Assembly (NCBI GenBank): GCA_013239625.1
Contig: MU057344.1
Span: forward strand, 1,800,276-1,864,275
Source of the DNA: Lama guanicoe
Lineage: Eukaryota
Length of the DNA: 64,000 nucleotides
Direction: 5' to 3'
The translations under genes were made by a program, and so were the position numbers. This document shows positions 48,601 through 60,220 of this stretch, in pieces. The stretch's first letter is position 1. The number at the start of each line of letters is the position of its first letter. A model generated the notes under the pieces. That model worked only from the letters and a program-made list of their open reading frames with translations, was not told the origin of the DNA and did no database searches.

Positions 48601-50079
48601 CCGCTCTCTGATGCAGGCGGGCTGGGTTACCAGGAGGCGCAAAACTCCTCACAGCACTGAGGCTCCCGAGACCCCCTCTTAGCGGGAGGGTGTCCTGCCT
48701 TCGGGGGCCAAGGGGCCACGACAGGGGCTTCAGGGACGCCCCCACAGAGGGCCGAGGGGAGCGCAGCACGCCCCACCGGAGCACGGGGCCCAGGGCCCCC
48801 CACCCCACGGACGCAGGATGGCACAGCCGGCCCGGGTCAGCCACGGCCCTCCCAGCCCAGCGCCGCACCCCCTGCGCCCCTAATCAAGGCCCGTCGCTCC
48901 CCGCGTTCCTGCCTCTCCCTCGGGACAGTGAGGGCCTGGCAGCGCCCCCAGGGCAGCCGGCCGAGTGGGTGTGAGAGAGAAGCCCTCGGCGGGAACAGGG
49001 CGCGTCTCGGCTGCTTTCCCGGACCCAGATGGGACAAGCCACCACCACGGCCGAGTCGGGCAGTGGGGCAGGCACGGTCCATGCCAGCCTGAGCACAAGG
49101 GCCTCAGAGAAGCCCCTTTCTCCCTCAAGAAGGGCTGGTCGCGTGGCAGGGCCACGCAGACGTCAAAGCCGGGCCCTCAGGGCTGGGGTGCAGGGACACC
49201 CCTACTGTGTTCCATGGGCTTCCCACAGACACCCCAAAGAAGACCCGAGGTCTGCACTGGACGTTCCCACAGCCCAGGAATAGCAGGGGCGGGGGGCCAG
49301 GGGGAGCACACCGAGCCCCCAGGAAGGAGCTGGCCATGTGCATGCTGGGCTGAGGACTCCCAGCCAACAAAGGCTGCTCCCGGCCCAGCACCCCCCACCA
49401 CCAGTCGCCTGCCACCTCCCTTCCCAGCCCCTCCTTATCTCCGGGAGGGAGGGGGCAGCAGGGGTGGGAACAGTGGAGCCGTCTCTGACAGAATCCACCC
49501 CTGGTGCCGTGGGAAAGCCAGCCTGAAGGCTTGGACCCAAGACGCCCCACCCCAAGCCTCCATCTCCTCCAGGGAGACACCCTGATTTTCTCCAACAGGC
49601 GAGATTCATTTCCCCCTCAGAATGAGACTGAAAAATCCTCCCCATTCCAATGTCACCATGGTCTTCAGGCCACACCATCGGCCTAATGTAAGGATTGGAC
49701 GTTTCTCACAGACGGACTGAGCACCCCTGCCCCGGCCAGCAGGGGAGGGAGGAATTGAGGAGAAGGAACTAGGAGGGCCTTGGGGCGGGCGTGGAGACCC
49801 GCCAGGGCTCCCCCAGGCCTGGATGTAGGGTCCTGGTCCCCCCAGACCTCCAGGCTGGTCCCACGGTGGACCGTGGTCAAGAGAATGCATTGAGGTGGGA
49901 GTGGAGGGCATGTGCCCCCAGCCCAGGGCAGAGTCGGGGTTTGGCTCAGGTTGGAGCCCCTCTCCTCTTCAATCCCCGTTCCCCCGGAAGCCGGCCTGGA
50001 GGGCACGGAGCCTGCTACAGGCACTGGGCCGTGGGCATCGAGTCACTTCCCGTGTCCCCCCAGGCGCCCTAAGAGCAAG

Positions 50080-50190
50080 ACCATTATTAGTGCTACTTTC
50101 TAGACGAAGAGCCTGAGGTTCAGAGTTACCCAAGGGGCTGAGTCGAAGTTCATCCTGGGCCTCGCTGACACCAAAGTCTGGCCCTAGAAT
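50080..50190 (-). mobile_element. MIR fragment
   Basis: attattagtgctactttctagacgaagagcctgaggttcagagttacccaagg..ctgacaccaaagtc. Confidence 0.5.
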
Positions 50191-52829
50191 GGCCTCCCCA
50201 GAGAGGCTGACGTGGAAAGATGGGCGGCCCCGGACAGGAAGGGGCTCAGGACCGCCGGCAGCAGGGATGGGAGCTTTACGGCAGAGACCACGTCTCTCCC
50301 CAGGGCCAGCGGCCTCCACAGACCACAGGTCTGAGGGGAGGCCACGCCCTACCTGGGATGCTGGGGAAGCAGCAGCCTCACCTGGACGCTGGGCCCGCCC
50401 CCGGCCACCTGACCCCCAGCACGGTGGGGCAGGGCTCCCAGGACAGTCTCCCAGAACACAACAAGCACGTCGGCGGGGCGATGCTCCCGGGGCAGGGGCC
50501 AAGGCACCCTCCCAACAGGCTGCGGTGCCAGAGCTCAGAGTTTATAGCGCTGATTAATCACTGAGCAGTTTCTGGGCTCACCCCAGCATCCACTCGGCGC
50601 GCGCGGCCCTACGCGTGAGGGAGCAGAGCCGTCCTTTCCTCTGCGGTAACATCTTATTTCCTGTCTAGCACACGGCCGGCCGGCCGCCCCAGGAGCCCCA
50701 CTCGCTGGCTGGAGCTGCAGTTTTAGGGGAGGCTGGGCTGGCAGGGGGACAGAGGAAACAGCAGGCCATTGGCGCTCAGCAGAGCCCTCTCAGCCACGCA
50801 GTGACTTGGAGCCCCAGCCATCCCAAACATGCAGAGCTGGGGTCAGCAGCCTCCCTGGGGACCGCGGCTGGGGAGGGGCCGGCACAGCGGGATGCAGGGT
50901 GTGGGGCCAACCCTCCTGCTGGGCCCCCCTCCCTGGGCATCTCATTGGTACCCCTGCCTTCAGCCAGTGGCCAGGTGGCAACCACCTCGCCTGCCCTCAG
51001 GACCCTCTGGGTTAAGGCATTCCAAAGCCCTGGCCGGGCCTGCTGACCCAGTGCTGGGCTCCAGCCAGTGGCCAAGTCATGTACTTGCATTCCAGGACTG
51101 CGTCTGGCCGCTGGACCCGGTGTCAGCACTGCAGGCCAGAGGAACCCCAGCCCCGGGGCTGCCCCAGCGTGCCCCCCAGGGCCTGGCTTGAGCCCTGGAC
51201 CTGGGAGACCCGGGTCCCCAGGGCACCCACAAGGGACTGGGTTGTGCCCCCGCAGGCTCTGGGGACCGAGAACAGGAAAGGCAGGGGATGGGAAACCCAA
51301 GGCTCAGCCCCAATCTGGAGGCCACCGGGCTGACGACGCGTCATCAGCAGGGACCCTGGATGCAGAAGAAAAGGCTCAGGGAGGCCAGGCCGGGGCTGGT
51401 GCGCGCCAGCAGCAGGTTGGGCGGGGCAGGGAGCACGACCCTCGGCCCGTACCTTCGGGTGCCAAAGGCCCAGAGAACCTCAGTGCAGGAGCACATGTTG
51501 GGGTGGCTCTGTCTCATGTCTGGGCCGGGTCCTTGTGGAGGCCGGGAGGCTGGGGGTGGGTGAAGAGGGGCTGTGCTCATGGGGAGCCTGCCCTGGGCCT
51601 GGCAAGCTCTAGGCCCCTGATTCCTTCCCCCCGCCAGCACAGCCACCCCCACTTTGCAGGAGGTGGGGGGCAGGGCAGCAGGGCCTCCTTCCTCCCCTGG
51701 GTCTGGGGAGCGTGCTCCTCCCCCGCCCCCGCCAACTCCACCTGCACTCTGCGTGTCCCGGGACAAGGGTGCAAGCATGGGCGGGTTCTGACATCCCAGT
51801 GGGGCTCGTTTCACAGAAGGGGAAGCCAAGGCCAATGCCAGGACTCTGGTGGTGGGACCTGTAGCCTGACTTCTGCTCCCTTCCTCTCCAGAGACACAGG
51901 GTCCCCAGGTCCTGGGCCACGAGCAACAGGTCACTTCAACACCTCTGCAGCTGTCACACCCTCCCCCAGCCTCAGCCCAGTGGGAACAGTCTGGAGACAA
52001 GGCCCGTCTGCAGAACACCTTGGCCAGGGCAGAATCCCCGCCCCTGGACCCCCAGTCCAGCATTCTGTCCCCCCACCACTCCGCCGCCCCTACCCGCACC
52101 GACAGCTCACAGCCGGAGACAGTGTTCTTGTGCGGACAGGGAGATGGTGTGATACAGCTGCCCGGACGCGGGTCTAGGTCAGGGGTCGGGGCGGTGGGGG
52201 GGCAGCACAGGTGCAGGAGTTGGGGGATGTGAGCGGATGGGCCCCCGCCCCTGCCCCCGCCACGAGCCCAGTTCAGCCCTAGTCCGTTTCAACCCCGGGA
52301 ATTTTCCTTCTGTCTGTTCTTGATTTTGGTGACGAGCTGCCAGCACGGCAGAGCCGTGGCACAGGGTGTGCCCAGAGCCGCGAACACTTCCAGCCCAGCC
52401 TCAGAGAGCCCTTGCTGCCAGCAGGGTGCCCACCAGTGTCCCCAGCCCGCCCAGGCACATGCCCATCCGCCTGCTCTCCCGGGGGCCCTGCAGCTGCACC
52501 GGGGCAGCTGGCCGCCCGCCCGCCCTCCCCAGCCTCATCTCCCACAGGCAGAATGACCTCCCTCCCCCTGCCCTGCCCCCAGGGTGACCCACCCACACCA
52601 GGCTCTGAGCCCCCTCAAGGTTCACGTTGGGAGAAATATATGGATGCCCCAAATGTGTGGGGAGCAGGTCAGGCAGGGAGGACGCCGAGGAGTTGGGCAC
52701 CACCACCCAGGCCCCCGAGTGGCACTCTTCGGAGCAGCACCGCGGCAGCCCCAGGGACCAGTGGGGGCAGGGATGCCGAGGCCGAGGCCGACTGGTGGTG
52801 GCGGGCAGGAATGGGGGCCAGAGGCCGAC

Positions 52830-52963
52830 CTGGGCAGGTCTTGTGGTCTCCCTGTAGCTGGCGGCCAGGGTCGGCGCGGGGGGTGGATCGGCAGCAGAAG
52901 CCCCACACAGTGTTGAAGCCCCGGCCTCACGGCCCCCATGGCCAGCAGCACACTCATTCACGT
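52830..52963 (-). pseudogene. MEGF6: decayed calcium-binding-EGF exon of MEGF6 (pseudo-exon)
   Basis: tttccccctcgcag|AC GTG AAT GAG TGT = DVNECAAGHGGRE, then -1 shift to FNTVWGFCCR(STPRAD)PGRQLQGDHKTCP|gtcgg; 134 nt, not a multiple of 3. Confidence 0.85.
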
Positions 52964-54479
52964 CTGCGAGGGGGAAACGCAGATGCGGCCTGAAAGGGGA
53001 CACCCCTCCCAGCCACAGCCCACCCCAAGGCTTTAGACAGGTGACCCTCAGGACCCCGCGACACAAGAGGACATCATCTGGCAGAGACGGGGAACCTCAC
53101 TCCTCCAGACAGGCCCCACGGGAGGGGAACCCAACAGACAAATCCAGCAGCAGGGTCTAGGCTGCAAACCAGGTCCCTCTGAGCACCCAGGGTCTGTGCA
53201 CCCAGGACCAGTGGCCCATCCTGTGGCATTCGAGAGTGATTTGGCAGGAATGCCCCATGGGGACAGCTTGACGCAGGAGTGGGCTCTGCTCCCCAAAACT
53301 CTTACTTGTCTGAGTCCCGCCAAGAATGGCCTCTGTGTGTGTTCTCGTCCAGCTGTCAGTTTGCCAGGACATCAGGCCTCCCCCAGCAGCGTGGCCAAGA
53401 GTCCCCCACAGTCACCCTTGCCACTGTCCCCAGCCCTGGCAGTGGGCTCAACACCCCGGCCCCCGGCCCAGATCTCTCCCCACTCTCCGGTCTGTTGAAC
53501 TTACGTGGCCTGTGAGCCTGGGTGGGGCGCTGATCTCCATCCAGCGTGGAGGGTGGAGAGGCCAGGAGGCTCCAATCACGAGGCCACACTGCAATCCTGT
53601 CCTCTGCTCTGCCTTTGTGGGGGCAGGGGCATGGGGCTTCCCCTGGGTCCACATGTTGGGTCCCAGGGGAAGCAAGATGCCCTGCTGGGGCTGGTGGCAT
53701 CACTGCACCCCACACACCTCAGCCCCCCCGCTGGGGCCTGCAGGACTCAGGTGCCTCATTTCCCTGGACACCTCACAGGAGCGGGGTGACAAGGGGACCA
53801 GGTGCCTCTGCCCACTCCCAGCTCCGCGCTGTGCTGCCTGCCCAAGGTCGAAAGGGCCTCTGCCTCCCGTCCTCCCAGTCTCTCAAGGCCAAAGGCCGAG
53901 GCTCCTCGCTCTCATGGAGAACGTCACCTAGAGACAGGCGTAGGGCAGGCAGAGACCCCAGCATGCTACAGGCCACAGACGGCCAGATGCCCACCAGGCG
54001 CTGCCCCTGGAGGAGCCAGACCTCTCCCAGAGGCCGGGTGCCCAGACAAGGACGAGCCCAGGCCACACTCCCACCAGAGCCCCAAACCCCCCCGCCCCCC
54101 CCAGGGCTTCGGCTCTGGTCTCTGCCGGCACTTCCTGGAGGGTCCCTGGAAGGCCTCGAGCCAGGCTTGGGCTGCAGGGGAGGCCACAGTCCCACGAGAA
54201 AGGCGGTGGCCAGAACCCGCCTCGGGGCTGCTGGAATGCAACCATGAGCCCGGCCTGCCGAGGTTAACTAAGGGGTTTTCCGGGAATTCCTAGAGAGTTA
54301 CGCAGGGCGAGCCGGAGATCAGCCCAGCCCAGGGGTCATAGCCCGGGTGCCAGGGTTTTCCCGCCAGGCCAGGCCTGGGGAGACAGCACAGAGGCCAGCC
54401 CCTCAGGCAGGGAGCAGGCCAGGTGCGAGTCACCCAGAAGTCCCACGGCCTGTCCTGATACTCGGGTTTTCCAGGCAGC

Positions 54480-55000
54480 AGGAAGGACAGATGGCCAGGC
54501 GGGCGGGGCCACCAACCGAGGGCGCTTTCTCAAAGCTGGTGACATGGCCGCGTCCCTGAGGCCCAGGCACGGGTGGCCACGTGAGGGCATCGGCCTGAAA
54601 GAACTGAAACAGGAGCTCAGACGGATGCCTGGGCGGGGATGGCCACCGCAGCGGAGGTGGACACGACTCAGGTGTCTGTCCATGGGCCCGGGGATAAGCA
54701 AACGTGGTCCCTCCGTGCAGTGGGGCACCACCCAGCCACCGGGGGCGGGCAGCGCGGAGACAGGCTGCAGCGTGGGTGAACTTCGGAAACCTGACGCTCG
54801 GGGGGAGGCCAGACACAAAGGGCCACACAGCTGTGAGTCTGTCTGAAGGACACAGGCAGGTCCACAGAGACAGAAGCAAATGCTGGTTGCCAGACAGTCG
54901 GTAGAGGTGGTGGTTACGAACATGCTCGACGCCACTGGACTGCACACTTTAAAAGTGTCAATTTTATGTTACGTGAACTCCACCTCAGTTTTTAAAAAAG
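54480..55000 (+). mobile_element. old L1M 3' end fragment
   Basis: gtccacagagacagaagc..tggttgccag..ccactggactgcacactttaaaagtgtcaattttatgttacgtgaactccacctcagtttttaaaaaa, typical of an L1MB/MC 3' terminus; boundaries approximate. Confidence 0.7.
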
Positions 55001-56479
55001 CATTCCTCGGACCGGCCCCCACACCACACTCCTCCAGGGCTTTGGTGCAGAAGAAAGAGGGATGGGGCCTCGGCTCCTGGACGGCTCTGTCCCCAGCACA
55101 GCGCCCTCCCTCGGGGGACAGCAACTCTACAGAGGCCCTATGCAGCCAGGGCCCCCCAAGCCTGGGCGAGGGCCCGAAGGCCCAGCTGTCCCCGCTGACC
55201 CGGCGACCGCGGGCTGCGGAGTGAGGAGTAAGGGGGCCCACCCTGAGAGAGGCGGTCCCCACACCCCCTGCCTGTCCACCAGCAACCTGGGTGCAGAATC
55301 AGAGGCCAGCCCAGCCTGGTCTGGTGGCCAGTGGTGGGCTTCAGAGCCCCCAGGTGTGAAGCAGGTGAGAAAAAGCAGGTGGGGAAGGCACAGGGTGCGG
55401 CGAGGGACCCCTACCCCACCTGTGAGGATGGGGAAGGCTCTGCCCGAGAACGGAGGTTGAGACCATCCAGGGAGGAGGCCAAGCCGGGCCTTGGTTCCCC
55501 GGGGCTGTGGGACAGCCAGCCCTCAGCCACCCGCCCACCCAGGCCTCTAGCTGCCCCTAGGGAGTCAGAGTTTAAGAGGCCCGGCCTGCTAAGGAGACTG
55601 AGACCCTTCCTCCCTGCAGCCAGGTGTCCCCGAGACAGGCCAGGGCCGCTCCCGGAATCTCAGCCGGGTGGGCTGATGGAAAGCAGCTGGACCAAGTCGG
55701 CCGCACGGGGCTCCGTAGAAAGAGCTGGAGGAGCTGGAGGTGTGGGGGACTGCCTGGTATCTGGGCTTCACAAAGGCAGCCCCCTGGGGAGAGGTGGGCA
55801 GCCCTTCACCCTCCAGGCCCCACTGAAGGGCTGGAGGTCCAGCAGCGGGGGGAGAGGTGTCCAGGAGCATCCCCACAGCCAGCCCACCACACAGATGGTG
55901 GGGGGACCCCTCCCAGGGCAGGATGCATGGCTGGGGCCATTGGAGTCTGCCCCCTAGGAATGCCCCCTCCACCGGTGCCCCGTGGGCCCCTCCTCTCCCT
56001 GGGGGGCAGCAGGACAACTGGGGCCCCCCCGAGCGAGCGAGCTCTGCAGGGCAACTGCCTGCTAGGTGCTAGGCCAGCACAGGTCTGGGCCTGCCCTGGC
56101 AGCAAGTACACCCTTCCCCACCCGAGACCCCTTTCCCAGGCACCCCATTGAGTGTCATGGGCAGGGGTTCTGGCCCCCGAGACAGGCGAGGCAAGGCCCC
56201 TGTGGGGGATATGAGCCAGGCTTGGGGGGGCAGACGAAGCACGGGACTGGGTGCGTCACGCTCAGCCAGTGGGACAGAAGGTGGCTCCCAGCGGTGACCA
56301 GGCTGGGAAGGCAGGGCCGGGACACTGAGGACGAGGGGTGGGGGTGAGGGCCCAGGGCAGCCGGCCAGGCTGGGGGCAGAGCTGCAGGAGGGGCCTTAGC
56401 TCTGACCCAGGAGAGCGGGGAATTCACCTGGCCGGTGGCCCCAGGGTGTCCGGGCCACAGGCACAGGCACTGGTGTCGG

Positions 56480-56690
56480 GTCCCAGTGCCAGGGGACCAC
56501 AGACCCGGCGGCTTAAACAACAGAAATGTACCCTCACGGTTCTGAGGCCACGAGTCTGAAATCAGTGTTGCTGGACTGAAGACCAAGGTGTGGGCAGGCT
56601 GGGCCCCTCCGGATGCTCCAGGGCCACACCTTCCTTTGCCTTTTTCATAAGCCAAGGGTCCTGGGCTTGTGGCCACATCACTCCCGCCCC
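56480..56690 (-). mobile_element. MaLR LTR relic, MLT1C/D-like (antisense)
   Basis: ggcttaaacaacagaaatgtaccctcacggttctgaggccacgagtctgaaatcag..ccaaggtgtgggcagg. Confidence 0.72.
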
Positions 56691-56829
56691 TGCACCCAGG
56701 CCTGGGCAGCAGTGCAGGAAGGCACCACCCTCTGCACCGTCACTCCGCTCGGCTGGACCCCAAAGCAGGGCACCGCCTGGGGTCTGGGCTGGCTGGGCCT
56801 CTCGGCTGCTGGGCGCACGTGGCCTATCG

Positions 56830-56880
56830 CAAAACGCCTCCGGGCCTCGGTTCCCTCATCTCTGAAATGGGGAGAGGCGC
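56830..56880 (+). mobile_element. MIR core fragment
   Basis: ctccgggcctcggttccctcatctctgaaatggggag. Confidence 0.5.
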
Positions 56881-57839
56881 GCACTCGAAGGAGGGCGGCC
56901 AGGGGACCCAAGGGACCCAAGGGACCCGAGGTGGGCACTGAGCCCCTTCAGTGTTTCGTTCCTTCTGGGTCAGAAGTGAAAGCCCCAGGGCCACAGCAGC
57001 CGACCCGAGACTCCTGCGCATTCTGGTGGACGTGCAGGCCCATTACAGGGCGGTACAGAGCCCCTCCACCTCCTCCTGCCTTCTCCCAGCGCGGCGGGGC
57101 CAGGCCAGGCACTCGCCTCTGCTTGTCCCAGAAGCTCCCAGAACACATTCTCTCCTGGGTCCCTGGCTCCCAGGGAAGTCTGCCAGGTGGGCAGGGTCCA
57201 GGCTGGCAGCCAAAGGCAGCCGCCCTAGAGGATCTGCCTGGCGTCCTTCTGAACATTGTCAAAGTGAAGCTTGTCTGAGACAAGCCCCCAGCTCAAAAGG
57301 CTGTCGCACCACGGCCCAGGGCAAGGCAGGATCCCAGCAGCCCCGGAACTGGCCAGAGCAGAGTCTACAGCCAGCGCAGCCAGGTCGGCTCAGCCTGTCC
57401 TGGAGGGGCGTGCCTCCCTGGTCTGGGCACTGTGAGATTTGGGGCGTGCGGAAGGGCCACCCCGTGGGTCCTTGTCCGGCCCCTACCCTGCCAGGAGTCC
57501 CAGGAAAGGTGCTGGCGGGTAACCTGAAGCCCTGGGCAAAGCCAGCTGGCCAATTTCCTGGCTGAACTCCGAGACTTTGGTCCAAAGAGACCCCCATGAG
57601 CTCCCTGGGGCAGAAAATGTCACACACACTTTAAGGGGTTGCCATAGTAACTGGCAGGTCCAAAGCTGTTTGCCAGGTGGAATTAAATTTGCAGTTACCT
57701 CCTCCTGGAGCAGGAGCAAGCAGGGGTGGGAGACATTCCCTGAAGGCCAAGGCGCCTCCAGCCTCCACCCGACATGCACACCAGGCTTCCCGTCGGCCGC
57801 CCCCTCCACTGCGGCTCGCGGCGGGTCAAGGAAACAGCA

Positions 57840-58290
57840 CATCCATCCCCCCACGGAACAGCCTGCACCCCCAGAACCCAACGTGGGGTGGGGGGATGGA
57901 ATTACGGCTGCCCATTGGCTGACCTCACAACAGGGGCATATCCTGGAGGACATGGGCTGGTCCAGTGTAATCACGGGGTCCTGACAAGGCCCGTGGACAA
58001 GGGAGGCAGGAGAGGGTCAGAGTCCAGGACAGAGAGGTGCCTCCCTGCTGGCTCTGGGCACGGAGGAAGGGTCCACGAGCCAAGCAACGCAGGCACCCCG
58101 GAAGCTGGGAAAGGCGAGGGGTGGCTCCTCCCTTGGAGCCACCAGGATGGACCCGCCCTGCCACAGCTGGACTTCAGCCCGGTGAGACCCGTGTTGGACT
58201 TGTGGCCTCCAGAGCAGTGAGCTAACAGGTGTGTCTTTTAAGCCACTGAGTTTGGGCAACCTGTCACTGCTGCAAAAGAAAGCTGACACA
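57840..58290 (+). mobile_element. MaLR LTR relic, MLT1D/E-like
   Basis: gatggaattacggctgc..ctgacctc..atcctgga..gtaatcacgggg..ttggacttgtggcctccagagcagtgag..ttttaagccactgagtttg..aagctgacaca terminus. Confidence 0.75.
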
Positions 58291-59669
58291 GTTGCCAGGC
58301 GTGCACCCCTCTAAACTCCACAAAACCACTGTAGAGAAGAGCCCCTCGTGCTGCTCCGGCTGGCGCCTGCCCTTGGCCAGGGGGGCGGGGTGGGGCATCC
58401 TGCCCAGCTGGGCCTGTCCGGAGAGGGGTCCATACCGAGGAGCAAGTCTGCTGTCAGGCCAGGGCCCACCTCGCGGGGTGGTCCTCTGTCTGCTGCAGCT
58501 CCAAAGTCCACCAGCCCAGGGCAGCCAGAACATTCTAAAGGCGGGGGGGGAGGGGGCCCGAGAGGCAGCCAGAAGGGAGAAGCACAGACAGCAGCTCCTG
58601 GAGGGCCTCCTGGAAGCAGCGTCCCCAGGGTGGGCGCTGCTCAGACAGGCTCAGAGGAATCCATGGTCTCTCCCAGGGGTGCTGCTGGGGCAGGTGTGGG
58701 AGACCGCCACGGCGGTGTGAGCCTCTGCTCCAAAGACGAGCGTTGAGCACCAAGCCCCGTCCACGTGCTCGTGGGCGTTTGCCTTCTGGGGGTCCCATGG
58801 GCCTCCTGCACAGGAGGGCTTCTCTCCAACGCAGCCATCCCCACCAGCGCCACCCAGTTTACCGGCTCCAAAAGCTCAGGGTTGATCGTCTGGCACGGCT
58901 AAAGGGAAGCTTTCTCGTCTGGACCACAGGCGCGCTCTGAAGGACGCACACCTCCCATCCACGGTCACCTGGACCAGCGTCCCTCCCTGCCTCGTGGGGC
59001 AGCCCTCCCGCACTGCCCGCCCTCCTGCGTGCCCCACCCCCGCCCCCGCCCCCGGGCACTGGCAGCGGCCTCTTTTCTCATTTCCTTCTAAAACTGAATC
59101 CCTCGGAAGACCTCTCTCTGCCTCTCGTCCCATCGCTGCTACATCAGGGAGGCCTGGGATGAACCCGACTCCGTCCACGGCCAGGGCCTGGGACCCAGCG
59201 GACGTAGAAGAAACCCCGTGGGCTTCGAGCGTGTGGTGGGGCCAGTCGGCAACCCCCCAGTGGAACCCTGTCTTGGCCGTCACTTTAAGGCCGCTGCGTT
59301 CCGCTGGGTCTCTCCTAGTTTGGTGGAGAAACAGACCTCCCGCACAAGGGGTCCCCCTGGCTCGGAGGCTTTGCATGGGCGGCACCCGGAACCTGGGCGT
59401 TCGATGGCTCAGATCAACTTCCAAACATTTGTCTCAACGGCAATTAGAAGCCAAATGGCTTCTGAGCAGTGAGGGGACCAGGCAGGTAGACAGAAACCCC
59501 GGGGCCCATCCTCAGGGGACAAAGGAACTGAGGCGTCCAAAGGAGCATCAAGCAACACGCCAGAAAGCCAGGCAGCCAGCGAGGCCCTGGGAGCGGGAGT
59601 GCTCGGGGCCGGGCCAGGCGGGGCCGGGCCTGGAGGCGGAGGAGGCTGGGCTGCTGCTTCGTGTTTGCT

Positions 59670-59960
59670 TTGAATTAACAGGTCTTATTTCTTAGAGCAG
59701 TTTTGGGTTTACGAAAAATTTGAGCAGAAAGTACAGAGAGTTCCATGCATGCCCCCTCCACGACACACACGTTTTTCTCTATTACTAACATCCTACGTTC
59801 ATGCCTCCATTTATTGCACGAAATGGACCAGTCCTGGGACGTCATGATGAACTAAAGCCCGCGGTTCACGTGAGGACCACTCCTGCCGCTGGACGATCTG
59901 CGGGTTAGATGAACCTGGGACAGCGTGTGCCCACCACGCCGGCGCCGCACGGAGTTGGAG
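59670..59960 (-). mobile_element. old L1M (L1MC-like) 3' end fragment, antisense
   Basis: ttatttcttagagcagttttgggtttacgaaaaatttgagcagaaagtacagagagttcc. Confidence 0.65.
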
Positions 59961-60124
59961 TCCCGCAGTGCGGAGCCTTTTCAGAGGGGCGTCCTTCTCT
60001 TAGGAACATGCTTTAAGAACGTTGAGATGTTCAGACGTTTTCCCAGAGGAAAGCTCCCTGGGTCCAGTGATTCCCTCCCAGCGTGGAGAGAGGCCGGGCC
60101 CCATCAACCCCTCCCCATCTGTGG

Positions 60125-60220
60125 TTTCCAGGGCAATCATGGAAACCAAGAGTGGGTCCCCTAGCAACAGTCAGACAGGCCTCACCCACTCTGGATTTCC
60201 AGAGTCACTGGATGGTCCCC
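60125..60220 (-). ncRNA. MIR551A: pre-miR-551a hairpin; 3p mature ~60140-60160
   Basis: 5' arm UGGAAAUCCAGAGUGGGU pairs with 3' arm ACCCACUCUUGGUUUCCA; 20/21 match to recalled miR-551a GCGACCCACUCUUGGUUUCCA; same strand as host and in the expected MEGF6 intron. Confidence 0.93.

Noticed and set aside
51068-52177. 369-aa + strand ORF, the longest in the track
   Set aside because: Pro/Gly/Ala-rich, no recognisable domain and no ATG start; long stop-free frames are expected at this GC content.
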